Notes under the pieces: model-generated | Told to the model about the DNA's origin: nothing | The model's input: the letters and a program-made list of their open reading frames with translations, nothing else | Database searches by the model: none | From: Promethearchaeota archaeon | Lineage (GTDB): Archaea; Asgardarchaeota; Lokiarchaeia; Sigyniarchaeales; SOKP01 | Reading direction: 5' to 3' | DNA: 64,000 nt | NCBI GenBank assembly: GCA_019058245.1 | Contig: JAHPZJ010000025.1 | Location: 28,408-92,407 of the forward strand | Position numbers and translations under genes: made by a program | Shown: positions 1-10,845 of the stretch, one piece after another | How the letters are laid out: each line of letters begins with the position of its first letter | Numbering within the stretch: the first letter of the stretch is position 1

Positions 1-930
1 ACGATCAAATCTTCCAGGTCTTAATAGTGCTGGATCTAAAATATCTACTCTATTTGTTGCACCAATGATTTTTACATCTCCTCTTTGTTCAAATCCGTCT
101 AATTCGCTTAATAATTGCATAAGAGTTCTTTGAACTTCTCTATCTCCAGATGTCGCAATCTTTAGTCTCTGAGAGCCAATTGCATCTAATTCATCAATAA
201 ATAATATGGTAGGGGCTTTTTCTTTGGCTAAATTAAATATTTCTCGCACTAATCGGGCACCTTCACCAATAAACTTTTGAACTAGTTCAGATCCAATAAT
301 TCTTATAAATGTTGCTTCAGTTTCATGAGCTACAGCCTTCGCTAATAGTGTTTTTCCTGTACCAGGGGGACCAAATAACAAAACTCCCTTAGGAGGATCA
401 ATTCCGATTTTCTTAAATAAATCTGGTTTTTTCAATGGTAGTTCTACCGTTTCTCTTACTTCCTGCATTTGTTCTTCTAAACCACCTACATCAGCATATG
501 ATATATCCGGAACAGAATCAATTACTTCCATTCCTTTAACAAAAGGATCTAATTTAGTAGGCAAAACTTCCATAATTGCGAATGTTCTTTGATTTAAAGC
601 AACTCTAGTACCTGGCACTAATTTTTCATTTTTTACTTTTCTACTAGTATTAACTACAAAACTTGGCCCCGTGGAACTTTTTACAATTGCCCTTCCTTTA
701 TCATCGAGAAAGTCTATAATTGTTGCAGATACTAATGGAGGTTCTCTTAATCTATCGATTTCATTTCTAAGGCTGTGTAATTCTTGTTCTAATCTCAATC
801 GCTCAGCATCTAATAATTGTTTTTCTGTTTCTAAGTTTCGGAGTCGTTTCTCCAGATGCCTAGTATAGGTAATGAGATATTCTCCATCTTTACTTTCTTC
901 TTTTTTTTTCTTTTCTTTAGTCGTAGTCAA
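1..930 (-). CDS. pan: Proteasome-activating nucleotidase (PAN), 3' end truncated by window edge
   Basis: Not in the ORF track. The reverse strand reads TTG at 930 (purine-rich GAAGGGG upstream), then a coiled coil and OB fold, [30 protein letters not shown] and [10 protein letters not shown], open to position 1. Confidence 0.95.
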   Translation of the reverse strand, partial: MTTTKEKKKKEESKDGEYLITYTRHLEKRLRNLETEKQLLDAERLRLEQELHSLRNEIDRLREPPLVSATIIDFLDDKGRAIVKSSTGPSFVVNTSRKVKNEKLVPGTRVALNQRTFAIMEVLPTKLDPFVKGMEVIDSVPDISYADVGGLEEQMQEVRETVELPLKKPDLFKKIGIDPPKGVLLFGPPGTGKTLLAKAVAHETEATFIRIIGSELVQKFIGEGARLVREIFNLAKEKAPTILFIDELDAIGSQRLKIATSGDREVQRTLMQLLSELDGFEQRGDVKIIGATNRVDILDPALLRPGRFDR

Positions 931-1173
931 AAAAAGTATACCCCTTCTTTTCTTTCTTTTAATTACATTTTTAAGAAATTACGTTAATTTATTAATAATC
1001 TTTTAATCATTTAAATTTAAGGTTTCTTCTATACTATTACTTAATAGTGTCAATTTTTAAAAAATTTATAGATTATAAAATATAATCCTAATTAACCATA
1101 AATTATAAGAGTTTTCAATCAAATTCTATTAATATACAGCATATCTTTAATTATTCTGTGTTAGGATAGAACA

Positions 1174-1707
1174 ATGCCAGAACCTCAATATAATAAAATT
1201 GATAAAGAATGTCCTATATGTGGTAGTATTATTTGGGGTAAGGGGCAAAAAGTTCTATTAGAAGGAGCGAAAATTACAGTTTGTCATAATTGCGCTCAAC
1301 ATGGTATAAAAATTCAAAAACCTCCTACAAGTAAATATGCAAAAAAATCTTTCCCCCATGATATGAAAAGTTCTGCTAAACGACAAACTATAAAAAAGCC
1401 TAATATTGAAGCCTTTGAAATAATTCAAGATTATGCTAAAAAAATAAGAAATGTTAGAAATTCTTTAGGACTTAATCAAGATCAATTCGCCCAGAAATTG
1501 AATGAAAAACCTTCATTACTTAGAAGAATTGAGGCTGGAAAAGTAAAACCAACTATTAAATTAGCAAAGAAAATAGAAGAAGTTTATAAAATCAAAATCA
1601 TTAAAAAAGCTGACGAGATTGAAGGAACTATTGAGAGTGGTAAGTATTTGAAAAAATCTAGTGGAACATCTCTTGGTGACATTGCTTTTATTAAGAAAAA
1701 GAAATAA
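1174..1707 (+). CDS. mbf1: Archaeal multiprotein bridging factor 1 (Zn ribbon + HTH)
   Basis: CPICG...VCHNCAQHG ribbon, Cro-type HTH (LNQDQFAQKLNEKPSLLRRIEAGK) and C-terminal TSLGDI motif; next to pan. Confidence 0.92.
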   Translation: MPEPQYNKIDKECPICGSIIWGKGQKVLLEGAKITVCHNCAQHGIKIQKPPTSKYAKKSFPHDMKSSAKRQTIKKPNIEAFEIIQDYAKKIRNVRNSLGLNQDQFAQKLNEKPSLLRRIEAGKVKPTIKLAKKIEEVYKIKIIKKADEIEGTIESGKYLKKSSGTSLGDIAFIKKKK

Positions 1708-1730
1708 ATGATACCCTTAACTTTGTATGA

Positions 1731-3761
1731 TTACTTAGATTCAAATTTGGTAATTTTCACTAAAGTAGAATTATATGCCCCTGAATATCCTAATTCTTCT
1801 GGTTTGCTTGGGGTAAAATGATTTACATTTGTCTTTTCTTCTAAAATAGATGATAAGCCAGAATATATTAGTGCTGTCCCACTTTTTAATATATTTGATT
1901 CTTCTAAAATATACACTCCCCTATAATACTCATTAGAAACAATTACTTTATTACCCTTATTGAGTTCTAATGATTCAATATCTTCTGGGGTCAAAAAAAT
2001 TTTACTAAATTCATCAATATATTTAAAGTGAACCTGTCCTAATTGAGAATGTAAAAGATATAAATGGGAAGGTGAAATAAGTATAAACTCATTAATCTTT
2101 TTAGAGATTCTACCCATAAATTCATTCTCTCCAAAATTAAAATGAGGGCCCTTAGCTTGAATACGATTATTTGAAGTAGGAAATTCTAAATTTTCAAAAG
2201 GAATAGAATCCATATTATATAGTAAATAATAGCCTACTGTAGTTATTGATTCTTGAATATTTTTTGGTAACATTTCTATACAATTATTAAAAATAGTCTC
2301 TTGTGATTCTTGAAATATATTATTATAGCCTATTTTTAAAGCTAAATGTTGAAAAAACTCATAATTAGATATACAATTTTGATACGGACATGGACCCCCT
2401 ATATTTATTGATAGACTTGGAATATAAAAAGGGGATATTATATCATTTGTCTCTAAATCAAATTTTGCTGGAATAACGATATCTGCATATTTTGTGGTTT
2501 CATTTAAGAACATATCTAAAACAATTATAAATAAATCTTTAGTCAATAATAATTTTCTTAATAAGTCTTGATTAGGAAGTGAACTTGCGGGATTGAAATT
2601 ATATATAAAAAGCATCCTATAATTCTTAGATAGTAAAGCAGAACTCAGTTCTATTATAGGAATCTCATTCATTTTTGGTCTTTCTTTAATATTAGTTATA
2701 TAATCTTGTAGAGGTTGGAGAAGTGGCTTTAAAAAATCGCTCTGAGAATAAATTAAACCTGTACCAGCTTTTCCTAAATTTCCAAGCAAAATTTGAACTA
2801 ATGCAATGCATTTCACTATCCTGCCTCCATTGAAGTTTTTCTGAACTCCATATCCAATATTAAACAGAGTATGGTGTTTGAATTTAATTAAAAAATTAAT
2901 AAAATTCTGAACAATTTGATTCTTAATTCCAATTTGCTCCAAAAGTTTCTCTTTCTCGATTTTTGCTACTTCTGAAAAAAGCGATGAATAAGAATCAACA
3001 TAACTTTTCAAAAATTTTCCATCATATATATTATTAGCAATTAATTCATTAAGAATTATTTTAACTAAGAAATGGTCAGTACCAGGGAAGATATGTAAAA
3101 AAAGATCAGCTTTTTTAGCTAATACTGTGCGTCTTGAATCAATTACCACTATCTTGGTCCCTCTTTTCAAAGCTTGCTTTACTAAAAAATATGCATGGTT
3201 ATTAGTTTCTGAAAGATTACTACCCCAAATAACTATTAATCTTGTAGAGGGATCTATAAGTTGAAATGGATTTGTAGTAGAATAAGTACCAAATAATTCT
3301 GTTAACCCAGCACAACCTCCTTCATTACAGATTCCACCATTTGTGATTGTAGCTCCAATTTTCCTGAAAAATCTTAATGGAGCATATTGAGATATAAGAC
3401 CACTATTTCCAGCATAAAAAGCCCCTAAAATAGAGGAAGATTCACCTCTTACTTGAATATCACTTATTTTTTCTGAAATAATTTCGAATACTTTCTCTAA
3501 AGTAGTTTTCTCAAAATTATTTTCAGGTTTTTCCCCTTTCCTAATTAATGGAGTTTTTACTCTTTTTGGATGATATAATAAATTTTCCCTGTTCCTATAT
3601 TTGGGACAAAAAAACCCATTTGTAAACGGATGTTCTTTTAAAGGATGAGTTGATTGCAATTTATGCTCTAAAGCCTCATCATCCCAAATTCCTTTAAATA
3701 CACATGAGCCATAGCAATCTTTTGTACAAGTTCCAATTCTAACTCTTTTTGTATTTATCAT
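1731..3761 (-). CDS. Molybdopterin-dependent oxidoreductase (MopB superfamily)
   Basis: CTKDCYGSC...FCPK Fe-S motif, IWGSN, PGTD, and LDMFLNETTKYADIVIPA. Confidence 0.88.
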   Translation of the reverse strand: MINTKRVRIGTCTKDCYGSCVFKGIWDDEALEHKLQSTHPLKEHPFTNGFFCPKYRNRENLLYHPKRVKTPLIRKGEKPENNFEKTTLEKVFEIISEKISDIQVRGESSSILGAFYAGNSGLISQYAPLRFFRKIGATITNGGICNEGGCAGLTELFGTYSTTNPFQLIDPSTRLIVIWGSNLSETNNHAYFLVKQALKRGTKIVVIDSRRTVLAKKADLFLHIFPGTDHFLVKIILNELIANNIYDGKFLKSYVDSYSSLFSEVAKIEKEKLLEQIGIKNQIVQNFINFLIKFKHHTLFNIGYGVQKNFNGGRIVKCIALVQILLGNLGKAGTGLIYSQSDFLKPLLQPLQDYITNIKERPKMNEIPIIELSSALLSKNYRMLFIYNFNPASSLPNQDLLRKLLLTKDLFIIVLDMFLNETTKYADIVIPAKFDLETNDIISPFYIPSLSINIGGPCPYQNCISNYEFFQHLALKIGYNNIFQESQETIFNNCIEMLPKNIQESITTVGYYLLYNMDSIPFENLEFPTSNNRIQAKGPHFNFGENEFMGRISKKINEFILISPSHLYLLHSQLGQVHFKYIDEFSKIFLTPEDIESLELNKGNKVIVSNEYYRGVYILEESNILKSGTALIYSGLSSILEEKTNVNHFTPSKPEELGYSGAYNSTLVKITKFESK

Positions 3762-3847
3762 TTCTCTTTTAAAAAATTATATCTGATTATTCAGATATTG
3801 AAAAAGTATGAATTAATCGAAATATTAGCTAGTTCTCAATCAAGATT

Positions 3848-4423
3848 TTAATCAATTGATATTTTAACATTTTGAACCAAGGCTATTCTATTCCTTAAGA
3901 ATATAATTATATCTTGGTTATCTTGAGCTTCAAGAGGGCTTCCACAATTAGGGCATCTAAAATTAAGTTCAAATGCTTCATCAAAATTGTATTTAATAAT
4001 TGATTCCTGACAATTTTTACATATAAAAAAATAATTATTCTGTTCAAATTGCAATCTATCTCGCAATTTGCCTTCAATTAAGCTCTTTTTTTCTTGAAGA
4101 ATTTCTTCAATCAGGTCAAATTCATGCCACCAATAATATATAAACCATCCCGTTGATTTATCTCTTATACGTCTAAATTGTGCCAACTTTTCAGAGTATA
4201 ATTTATAAAGTGTTTTACGCACAGTATTTAATTTTAATATTTCAGAATCATCAGGCTCAAAATCAATTTCAGTACCTTGAATGCTTTCTTTTATGTTTTC
4301 AGTTATATCCTCATCAGTTATATCTTCAGATTCAGATTTCATAAGTTCAATTCCAACATATATTGCAATCTCGCCCCCAATAATATATAGAAAAGATTCT
4401 AAGAAGGGATTTAATTTGTTAAT
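3848..4423 (-). CDS. tfe: Transcription factor E alpha (probable ATT start at 4423; ORF track starts at 4342)
   Basis: KLNTVRKTLYKL, RDKSTGWFIYYW and C-x2-C...FRCPNCG. The frame stays open 27 codons upstream of the ATG (FLYIIGGEIA) to an ATT located 8 nt after GTGAGGT. Confidence 0.92.
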   Translation of the reverse strand: MNKLNPFLESFLYIIGGEIAIYVGIELMKSESEDITDEDITENIKESIQGTEIDFEPDDSEILKLNTVRKTLYKLYSEKLAQFRRIRDKSTGWFIYYWWHEFDLIEEILQEKKSLIEGKLRDRLQFEQNNYFFICKNCQESIIKYNFDEAFELNFRCPNCGSPLEAQDNQDIIIFLRNRIALVQNVKISID

Positions 4424-4528
4424 ATGACTTTACCTCACTTAAAAATTAGTATTTGCATGAAATATAATTAGTTTTTATAAAAATTAAATTTTTTTGAAAT
4501 TTTTTGATTTAAAAAATAAATTTATTCC

Positions 4529-5311
4529 TTATACTACTATAGAATACTGCTTTTCTATAATCTCACCATCTATATCAAGAGTTCTAATTAATTTACCTTT
4601 TCTAATTGCCAATATCCGTAATAATTTTGAATTATTTATATTTTTCGGCAGCTCAATTTCAGAAATTTTATAATTATTAAAAATAGTTAGAGATTTCCAC
4701 TTTGTGGGGAGTTCTGATTGAAAATCTGGTAATGCGTTTTCTATTATGTAATTATAATTTCTTTCAGTGTTACTAATATATCCCATACAAAATTGAATCC
4801 TTTTATTCACATCATCATCTTCTACCTTCTTTTTAGAAGGTTGAGGTACCTTTTTTTTGGTAGTAACCTTACAATTCGGATTTATATTAAATGATATTAA
4901 GAAATAACTATTTTTACGGAAGGCTTCAATACTTTCTAACAATAAGTTCTTATTACTATTATCTATTATGTCCACACTATAATTTTTAGTCTGCCCAGTT
5001 GATTTTTTAAGATTCCAATTAAATCCTAATTTATTAATCATTTCACTAATATCCGAACCTGAGATTAGTTTACCTTTAATTTCAAAAGCTTCTTTAGGGC
5101 TTGAAATTCCATTTGTAACTATCTCTAAAATTAAATCCTCATATTCATGACTCCCTTTAAGAGTTAACTTTGTCTTGGTTTGAGAAATTTTCAACGCTGG
5201 CCCTATAAAATCACCCTTAGAATATCTGTAAAAATGACGGTGTACATTTTTATGCTTTTGTGCGGGATCATCTAAAATTGGAGTATCAACAATAAATTTT
5301 AAAAAATGCAT
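4529..5311 (-). CDS. Hypothetical protein
   Basis: 260-aa ORF with typical composition; no motif recognised. Confidence 0.75.
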   Translation of the reverse strand: MHFLKFIVDTPILDDPAQKHKNVHRHFYRYSKGDFIGPALKISQTKTKLTLKGSHEYEDLILEIVTNGISSPKEAFEIKGKLISGSDISEMINKLGFNWNLKKSTGQTKNYSVDIIDNSNKNLLLESIEAFRKNSYFLISFNINPNCKVTTKKKVPQPSKKKVEDDDVNKRIQFCMGYISNTERNYNYIIENALPDFQSELPTKWKSLTIFNNYKISEIELPKNINNSKLLRILAIRKGKLIRTLDIDGEIIEKQYSIVV

Positions 5312-5466
5312 CTTTTTTCTTTCCTTATTTTTCTTTTAATTTAATTCTTGTTCTCTTTATTAAATATCAAAAGATTATAATTTTAAATTTTATTTATTAA
5401 TTAAATTAAAAAAATATAAAATATATCTTAAGATACAGAACACAAAAAAAATTATTTTAATTTGAT

Positions 5467-5667
5467 ATGGTTGCTATTCCTTCTTTATCACTATGGGTTT
5501 TTGCGTGGATATTTCTAATTATAGGGTTAATATCTTTAGTAATTTTAGTACTATACACTAAATATGGAAGAGAAGTATCTATTCGACTTTCAATAATTAG
5601 TATAGTAATAAGCTCAATATTCCTAGGATTTGCATTTCACTTTTTCTTACTTTCAGAGGGACTATAA
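5467..5667 (+). CDS. Small two-TM membrane protein
   Basis: 66 aa with two hydrophobic segments. Confidence 0.7.
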   Translation: MVAIPSLSLWVFAWIFLIIGLISLVILVLYTKYGREVSIRLSIISIVISSIFLGFAFHFFLLSEGL

Positions 5668-5838
5668 TTTAAATAATTAGTTATATTATGAATAAAATTC
5701 GATTTTTTATGAAATTGAACTTATCTAACAATTTAGTCTGATTTATAATTTCTTTTGTTAATATTTAAAAAAGAAGAAAAGTTTTCATTTAATTAATAAT
5801 ATTTCTTCAAGCTATTTAAAAAAAAAAGAGAAGTTAAA

Positions 5839-6255
5839 ATGTTATTTCAAATGGACCCTACTCTTCAGTTTGTATTATGGCTTATTTTAGCAACTATAAT
5901 TGTTACACTAATTCTTTACATTGCGGTTATACTGATTGTATCAAAAACAAAAGCTTCGGACAAAAAATTTTTAATAATTCTTTTAGCATTTATTTGTGTC
6001 CTTGTAATACCCATAGTTTTAGGCGCAATTAGTTCAATATTTGCTGTTTTTGGCGAAATTCCTTGGAGTGATGGTAATTATCTAGCATTATTGGTACCTA
6101 TTATTGGTTTTTTAATAGTACTGGTATTAGTAAAATTTATTTTGGACGTTCCTTGGGATCAAGCTTTATGGATATCTTTGCTAACATTATTTGTTTTATT
6201 CCTTCTTTATACATTGATACCAGGACTTGCTAGCTTTCTTGGATTTACATTATGA
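5839..6255 (+). CDS. Four-TM membrane protein
   Basis: 138 aa with four hydrophobic segments. Confidence 0.8.
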   Translation: MLFQMDPTLQFVLWLILATIIVTLILYIAVILIVSKTKASDKKFLIILLAFICVLVIPIVLGAISSIFAVFGEIPWSDGNYLALLVPIIGFLIVLVLVKFILDVPWDQALWISLLTLFVLFLLYTLIPGLASFLGFTL

Positions 6256-6398
6256 TTAATATCAGAAATAAAATATATAATAAAGCTATTTTTTTTTATT
6301 TATTAATTATGAAATTATTTGCTAAATTCTAATTCATTAAAGATAAATAGAGATAGTTAAAAAATAGATTTATATAAAAGATCAAAAAAAGTATCAGG

Positions 6399-9300
6399 TT
6401 ATATCCTTTCTTTTAATTTTAATCTTGGAGCAAGTCCTAAACTCATCATTTCTTGTAAAAGTAATTTAAACGCATAGGAACAAACTACTTTTGAAATAAT
6501 GGTTCCTTCACCACACACGGGACAATATCGCTTATCTCTATTTCTGTCATAAACTGCTAAGAGACCACATTTTTCACATACTAAAATAACAGTCCTATCA
6601 GATTCATCTAATAATCTTTCTTTTAACAATAAGGCTGAGCCATGACCAACTAAACAATCCCTCTCCATCTCTCCAAACCTTAAACCCCCTTCACGAGCAC
6701 GACCCTCTGTAGGTTGTCGTGTTAAAATTTGAACAGGCCCCCTAGCTCTTGCGTGGAGTTTATCCGCTACCAAATGATATAATTTTTGATAATATATTGG
6801 AGCACAATATATCCCTGCTTCATACTTATCTCCCGTAATACCATTATACATTACCTCTCTTCCATTAAATTCAAAACCAGCTTCTACTAGTTGCTCTTGA
6901 AGTTTTGTTATATCTGTCCATTCGAACGCAGTAGCATCACCCAACTTACCTGTTGTACAGGCTATCTTTCCACTAATACCTTCAAATAGTTGCCCTAAAG
7001 TCATTCTTGATGGCATTGCATGAGGATTTACTATAATATCTGGAATAACACCTAAAGCAGTAAAAGGCATATCAGCTTGTTCAACAACCAACCCTAACAC
7101 TCCTTTTTGACCATGTCTAGATGAGAATTTATCGCCCAATTCAGGAATTCTTAAATCTCTCACTTTTATTTTAACTAATTTGTTCCCATCAACAGTTTCT
7201 GATATAATTACAGTATCAACAATTCCTTGTTCATTATGTCGCATATTTTTTGAAGTTTCACGCCTATTTGGTTGCATAAGCTCAAATTCTTCATAGGATT
7301 TAATAAATCTAGGCGGAGATGTTCGACCTATAAGTACGTCGCCTCCGTTCACCTGTGTTTCTGGTTCTATTATTCCATCAACGTCTGAGAGAAGGCGGTA
7401 TGATTCTGCAGATTTAAATCCTCTAACACCTCTTTCTGGAATCTCAAATTTATCAACTTCTCCACCAGGGTATTTTCTTTCTTCGGCATCATATGTTCTA
7501 AAAAAGTGACTCCGCGCTAAGCCTCGCTCAATTGAAGCTTTATTTATAATAATAGCATCTTCAATGTTAAATCCTTCGAAGCTCATCATAGCAATAATAA
7601 AGTTTTGACCCGAAGGTCTCTTATTTATCCCTATGATCTCCATCGGACTAGTTTTCACTAAAGGCTGTTGAGGGTAATGCAACGTGTGGCCTCTTGTGTC
7701 TAATCTCAAATGCATGTTTGCTGCAAATAAACCTAATGCTTGCTTTACCATTCCAGCTTCATAAGTATTTCTCGGAGATTGATTATGTTCTGGAAAAGGA
7801 ATAATAGAAGCACAGATTCCTAAAATTGCAGCAGGTGATATTTCCAAATGAGTATGCTCTTCGGTTATATCTTCTTCAAACATTGCAATATATGCATTTT
7901 CTTCTTCTTCAGCATCTAAATATTCAATTACACCTTTATGAACCAAATCTGACCAAATATACTTATTCTGTTTGAGTTTTTCTATATCATCTTTTGAAAC
8001 AAGTAAATTTTTATTCTTCAAGACAAATAATGGTCTAGTTGCCCTACCTGCATCACAATTTATCTGAATCTCTTTTGATTCATTATAATAACCAATATTT
8101 ACGTGTTGCCCAATTTCACCTTTCCTTCTTTTTTCTCTTAATTGACGGATGAATGGATTATATTGTTGATGTATTCCTACTAATTTCCCGTTCAGAAAAA
8201 CTTTTACTTTATCTCCTTTTACATTTTTGACTTCATTTATGGGGATAACTCCTAAATCAATTAGTATGTTTTCAATTATCCTCTCATCTGCTCCAACAGA
8301 TATTATTGATGCTAATCCAAGATTCTTGACTAAACCACAATTAGGACCTTCGGGTGTCTCAGCAGGACAAATTTTTCCCCATTGTGTTGGATGTAAATCT
8401 CTTGCCTCAAAGTGTGGTTGACTGCGACTTAATGGCGATATAACTCTTCTCAAATGACTTAAAGTTCCAACATGATTAGTTCTATTTAAAAGTTGACTTA
8501 CTCCTGCCTTACCTCCAACCCAATTTCCAGTTGCTAAGGCATGTCTAATTCTTTCTGTAATGACATCTGCTCTTACAGCAGTTTTAATATTTGGAGCTCT
8601 TCCTCGAACAGCAGTTCTTTCCAATTGATATTTAATATCTTTCACTAAATTTAAAAATGCCACTCTAAATAAAGATGTGAATAATTCACCAGCTAGCTTT
8701 AATCTTTTATTTGCATAATGATCCTTATCGTCGGGTTCTCTTAAATTTAATGCTAATTCCATAACTTTTTGTGCCATTTGTCCTAAATAATAGGCTTTTT
8801 TAATTCTATCTTCTTCATCATTACCTATGTGAGGTAAAAGATATCTATCTAAAACTTGAAGAGCTCTTCTAATACGGTAATCTTTCGTTTGACCGATGGC
8901 GACTCTTTTTCCTATATAATCAAGTGCATTTTGCTGAGATTTCTCTGGATCTTTTAATACTTGAATCTCAGAGGCAACATCAATTACTGGAATTAATTCT
9001 TTCTGAATTTCATCATTTTCAGAGATTGCTTCAAAAATCTCTCTATCTGAATGTAATCCCAACGAACGCATCAATATCGCTAAAGGAATCTTTCCTGGAA
9101 CTGAAGGAAATGATACTCTAAGATTGCCATCTTTCTTCCTTTCTATTGTTACAGGTGCTCTAAATCCGCTTCTAGTTGAAAATACTTTTGCTTGATGAGT
9201 TGCGCTAGAACTTCTACTTGCCTCCTCTGCCAGTATTCTATTTGGGGCTAGATCTTCTTGAGTAACAAGAACTCTTTCAGTTCCATTTATTATGAAATAA

Positions 9301-9770
9301 CCTCCAGGGTCTAAAGGATCTTCACCCCTGTTAATTAATTCTTGTTCTGAAAGGCTTTCTAGAGGACATCGACAACTCTTTAGCATTATTGGAATCTTCC
9401 CAATATATATATCTAAGGTTTCTTCGGCTTCTTCTCTCTGTGTCCTCTCGTCAATGGTTATTGGAGTCATTTCTAAAGTAATATCTGCAGCATAACTTAA
9501 TTCTCTAATTCTTGCTTCTATTGGAGTAATCTCCATAGTAGCACCATCTGCCTCTCTTACCTTAGGTACTCCAACTTTAATTTTTCCGAATTTTATTTTA
9601 AAACCTGGAATATCAGGGATTACTTCACCTGATTCATCAACAATTATTTGCATTTCATATTCTATAAAGTTGTTATATGAATCTAGATGTTGACGTACTA
9701 AGCCCTTTTCATCAAATAAACTTTTTAGAATAATCCATTTATCAGTATTTGATAATTTTTCTGAACTCAA
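6399..9770 (-). CDS. rpoB: DNA-directed RNA polymerase subunit B (Rpo2, unsplit)
   Basis: GYFIINGTERV, ETPEGPNCGLVKN, GDKFSSRHGQKG, RFGEMERD and C-terminal Zn ribbon. Confidence 0.99.
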   Translation of the reverse strand: MSSEKLSNTDKWIILKSLFDEKGLVRQHLDSYNNFIEYEMQIIVDESGEVIPDIPGFKIKFGKIKVGVPKVREADGATMEITPIEARIRELSYAADITLEMTPITIDERTQREEAEETLDIYIGKIPIMLKSCRCPLESLSEQELINRGEDPLDPGGYFIINGTERVLVTQEDLAPNRILAEEASRSSSATHQAKVFSTRSGFRAPVTIERKKDGNLRVSFPSVPGKIPLAILMRSLGLHSDREIFEAISENDEIQKELIPVIDVASEIQVLKDPEKSQQNALDYIGKRVAIGQTKDYRIRRALQVLDRYLLPHIGNDEEDRIKKAYYLGQMAQKVMELALNLREPDDKDHYANKRLKLAGELFTSLFRVAFLNLVKDIKYQLERTAVRGRAPNIKTAVRADVITERIRHALATGNWVGGKAGVSQLLNRTNHVGTLSHLRRVISPLSRSQPHFEARDLHPTQWGKICPAETPEGPNCGLVKNLGLASIISVGADERIIENILIDLGVIPINEVKNVKGDKVKVFLNGKLVGIHQQYNPFIRQLREKRRKGEIGQHVNIGYYNESKEIQINCDAGRATRPLFVLKNKNLLVSKDDIEKLKQNKYIWSDLVHKGVIEYLDAEEEENAYIAMFEEDITEEHTHLEISPAAILGICASIIPFPEHNQSPRNTYEAGMVKQALGLFAANMHLRLDTRGHTLHYPQQPLVKTSPMEIIGINKRPSGQNFIIAMMSFEGFNIEDAIIINKASIERGLARSHFFRTYDAEERKYPGGEVDKFEIPERGVRGFKSAESYRLLSDVDGIIEPETQVNGGDVLIGRTSPPRFIKSYEEFELMQPNRRETSKNMRHNEQGIVDTVIISETVDGNKLVKIKVRDLRIPELGDKFSSRHGQKGVLGLVVEQADMPFTALGVIPDIIVNPHAMPSRMTLGQLFEGISGKIACTTGKLGDATAFEWTDITKLQEQLVEAGFEFNGREVMYNGITGDKYEAGIYCAPIYYQKLYHLVADKLHARARGPVQILTRQPTEGRAREGGLRFGEMERDCLVGHGSALLLKERLLDESDRTVILVCEKCGLLAVYDRNRDKRYCPVCGEGTIISKVVCSYAFKLLLQEMMSLGLAPRLKLKERI

Positions 9771-9815
9771 AATTCATAAAACCATAATATTTTTTCTTTT
9801 TAATAAAAAATGATA

Positions 9816-10073
9816 TTAAACTTTTTCCTTTTTTACATAACGGTAATAGTCTGCGGATTTCACAGTTGTATTAGATTCTCGAATTATTCTCACAATATCT
9901 CCTTCTTTTGCTCCAATAGCAATCGCAACTGGATCTTTTTCAAACATTTGTGGTAAATCATTTACATCAATTCGATATTTTTCTAAAAGATTTTGCGATT
10001 CTTCTTTAGTTAAAAGGACATGTTTAGGGACGAATTTATGGAGCAAAACATCTATTCGTTTCTTTTTACTCAA
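9816..10073 (-). CDS. rpoH: RNA polymerase subunit H (Rpo5)
   Basis: HKFVPKHVLL...LPQM..KDP...GDIVRIIRES...YYRYV; directly upstream of rpoB. Confidence 0.97.
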   Translation of the reverse strand: MSKKKRIDVLLHKFVPKHVLLTKEESQNLLEKYRIDVNDLPQMFEKDPVAIAIGAKEGDIVRIIRESNTTVKSADYYRYVKKEKV

Positions 10074-10181
10074 GGAAAACTCTACTCTTCTAATAAATAA
10101 TAATTAATGAAATGATACCCGTCTAAAAAATTTTTCCATTTTTTCCTCATTTTTCTTATGAAAAACGAGGATTTTACAGAA

Positions 10182-10817
10182 TCAAGACGAATGAAAACAT
10201 TTAAAAACCCAATAACCACTTCTTTTACATAAAATTTCGATATTTTCATCGGGAAAAGTATCCTTAAAGAATTTTTTAGTAAATAATGCTCCCATTTTTT
10301 TTTTTATTACAAATTGAAAAGAACCATTTCTATTTAGATACTCTGGAATAATATCTAATATTTTTAGGAATTCTTTTCTTCCTTGACGTAAAGGAGGATT
10401 CATATAAATTCCATCAAATTTTAAATTTTTATTCTCAAGAGGTTCAAAATAATTGCCTGATAAAATAAATATATGATTTTTTGCATTTTTAAGATTTAAT
10501 TTAACATTTTCCCTGGTGCACCATATTGCTCGCATGTTGATATCTATGAGATATATTGAACTTTGAGGAGATTCATAACCCAAAACAATTCCTATTGAAC
10601 CATAACCACATCCTAAATCAAGTAGAACTTTCGATTCTGTAGGAATATCCATATTTTCTATAAAAACCTTAGTACCTAAGTCTATTTTATTATAAGAGAA
10701 AACTCCTGGAATCGTCTTAAAAATATAAAGATGTCTTCTTAAACTTTCCGATATAGTGTAAATTTTTACATTTGCCTCAGGAAATTTACTATAATAATGA
10801 TTTCTTTTTCTTTCCAT
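10182..10817 (-). CDS. Class I SAM methyltransferase (RsmC/MTS-like)
   Basis: GVFS..KIDLGT, LLDLGCGYG and NPP motifs. Confidence 0.88.
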   Translation of the reverse strand: MERKRNHYYSKFPEANVKIYTISESLRRHLYIFKTIPGVFSYNKIDLGTKVFIENMDIPTESKVLLDLGCGYGSIGIVLGYESPQSSIYLIDINMRAIWCTRENVKLNLKNAKNHIFILSGNYFEPLENKNLKFDGIYMNPPLRQGRKEFLKILDIIPEYLNRNGSFQFVIKKKMGALFTKKFFKDTFPDENIEILCKRSGYWVFKCFHSS

Positions 10818-10845
10818 GATATAAATTTTAAATACTTTAACTTAC

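Noticed and set aside
1-1707. Divergent pan/mbf1 orientation as a novelty
   Set aside because: Linkage of pan, mbf1 and tfe is a common archaeal neighbourhood; orientation alone says little.
4240-4295. TFE insertion as an in-frame intron
   Set aside because: Only weak, bulged pairing, no clear BHB and no stop codon; the acidic peptide is plausible as protein.
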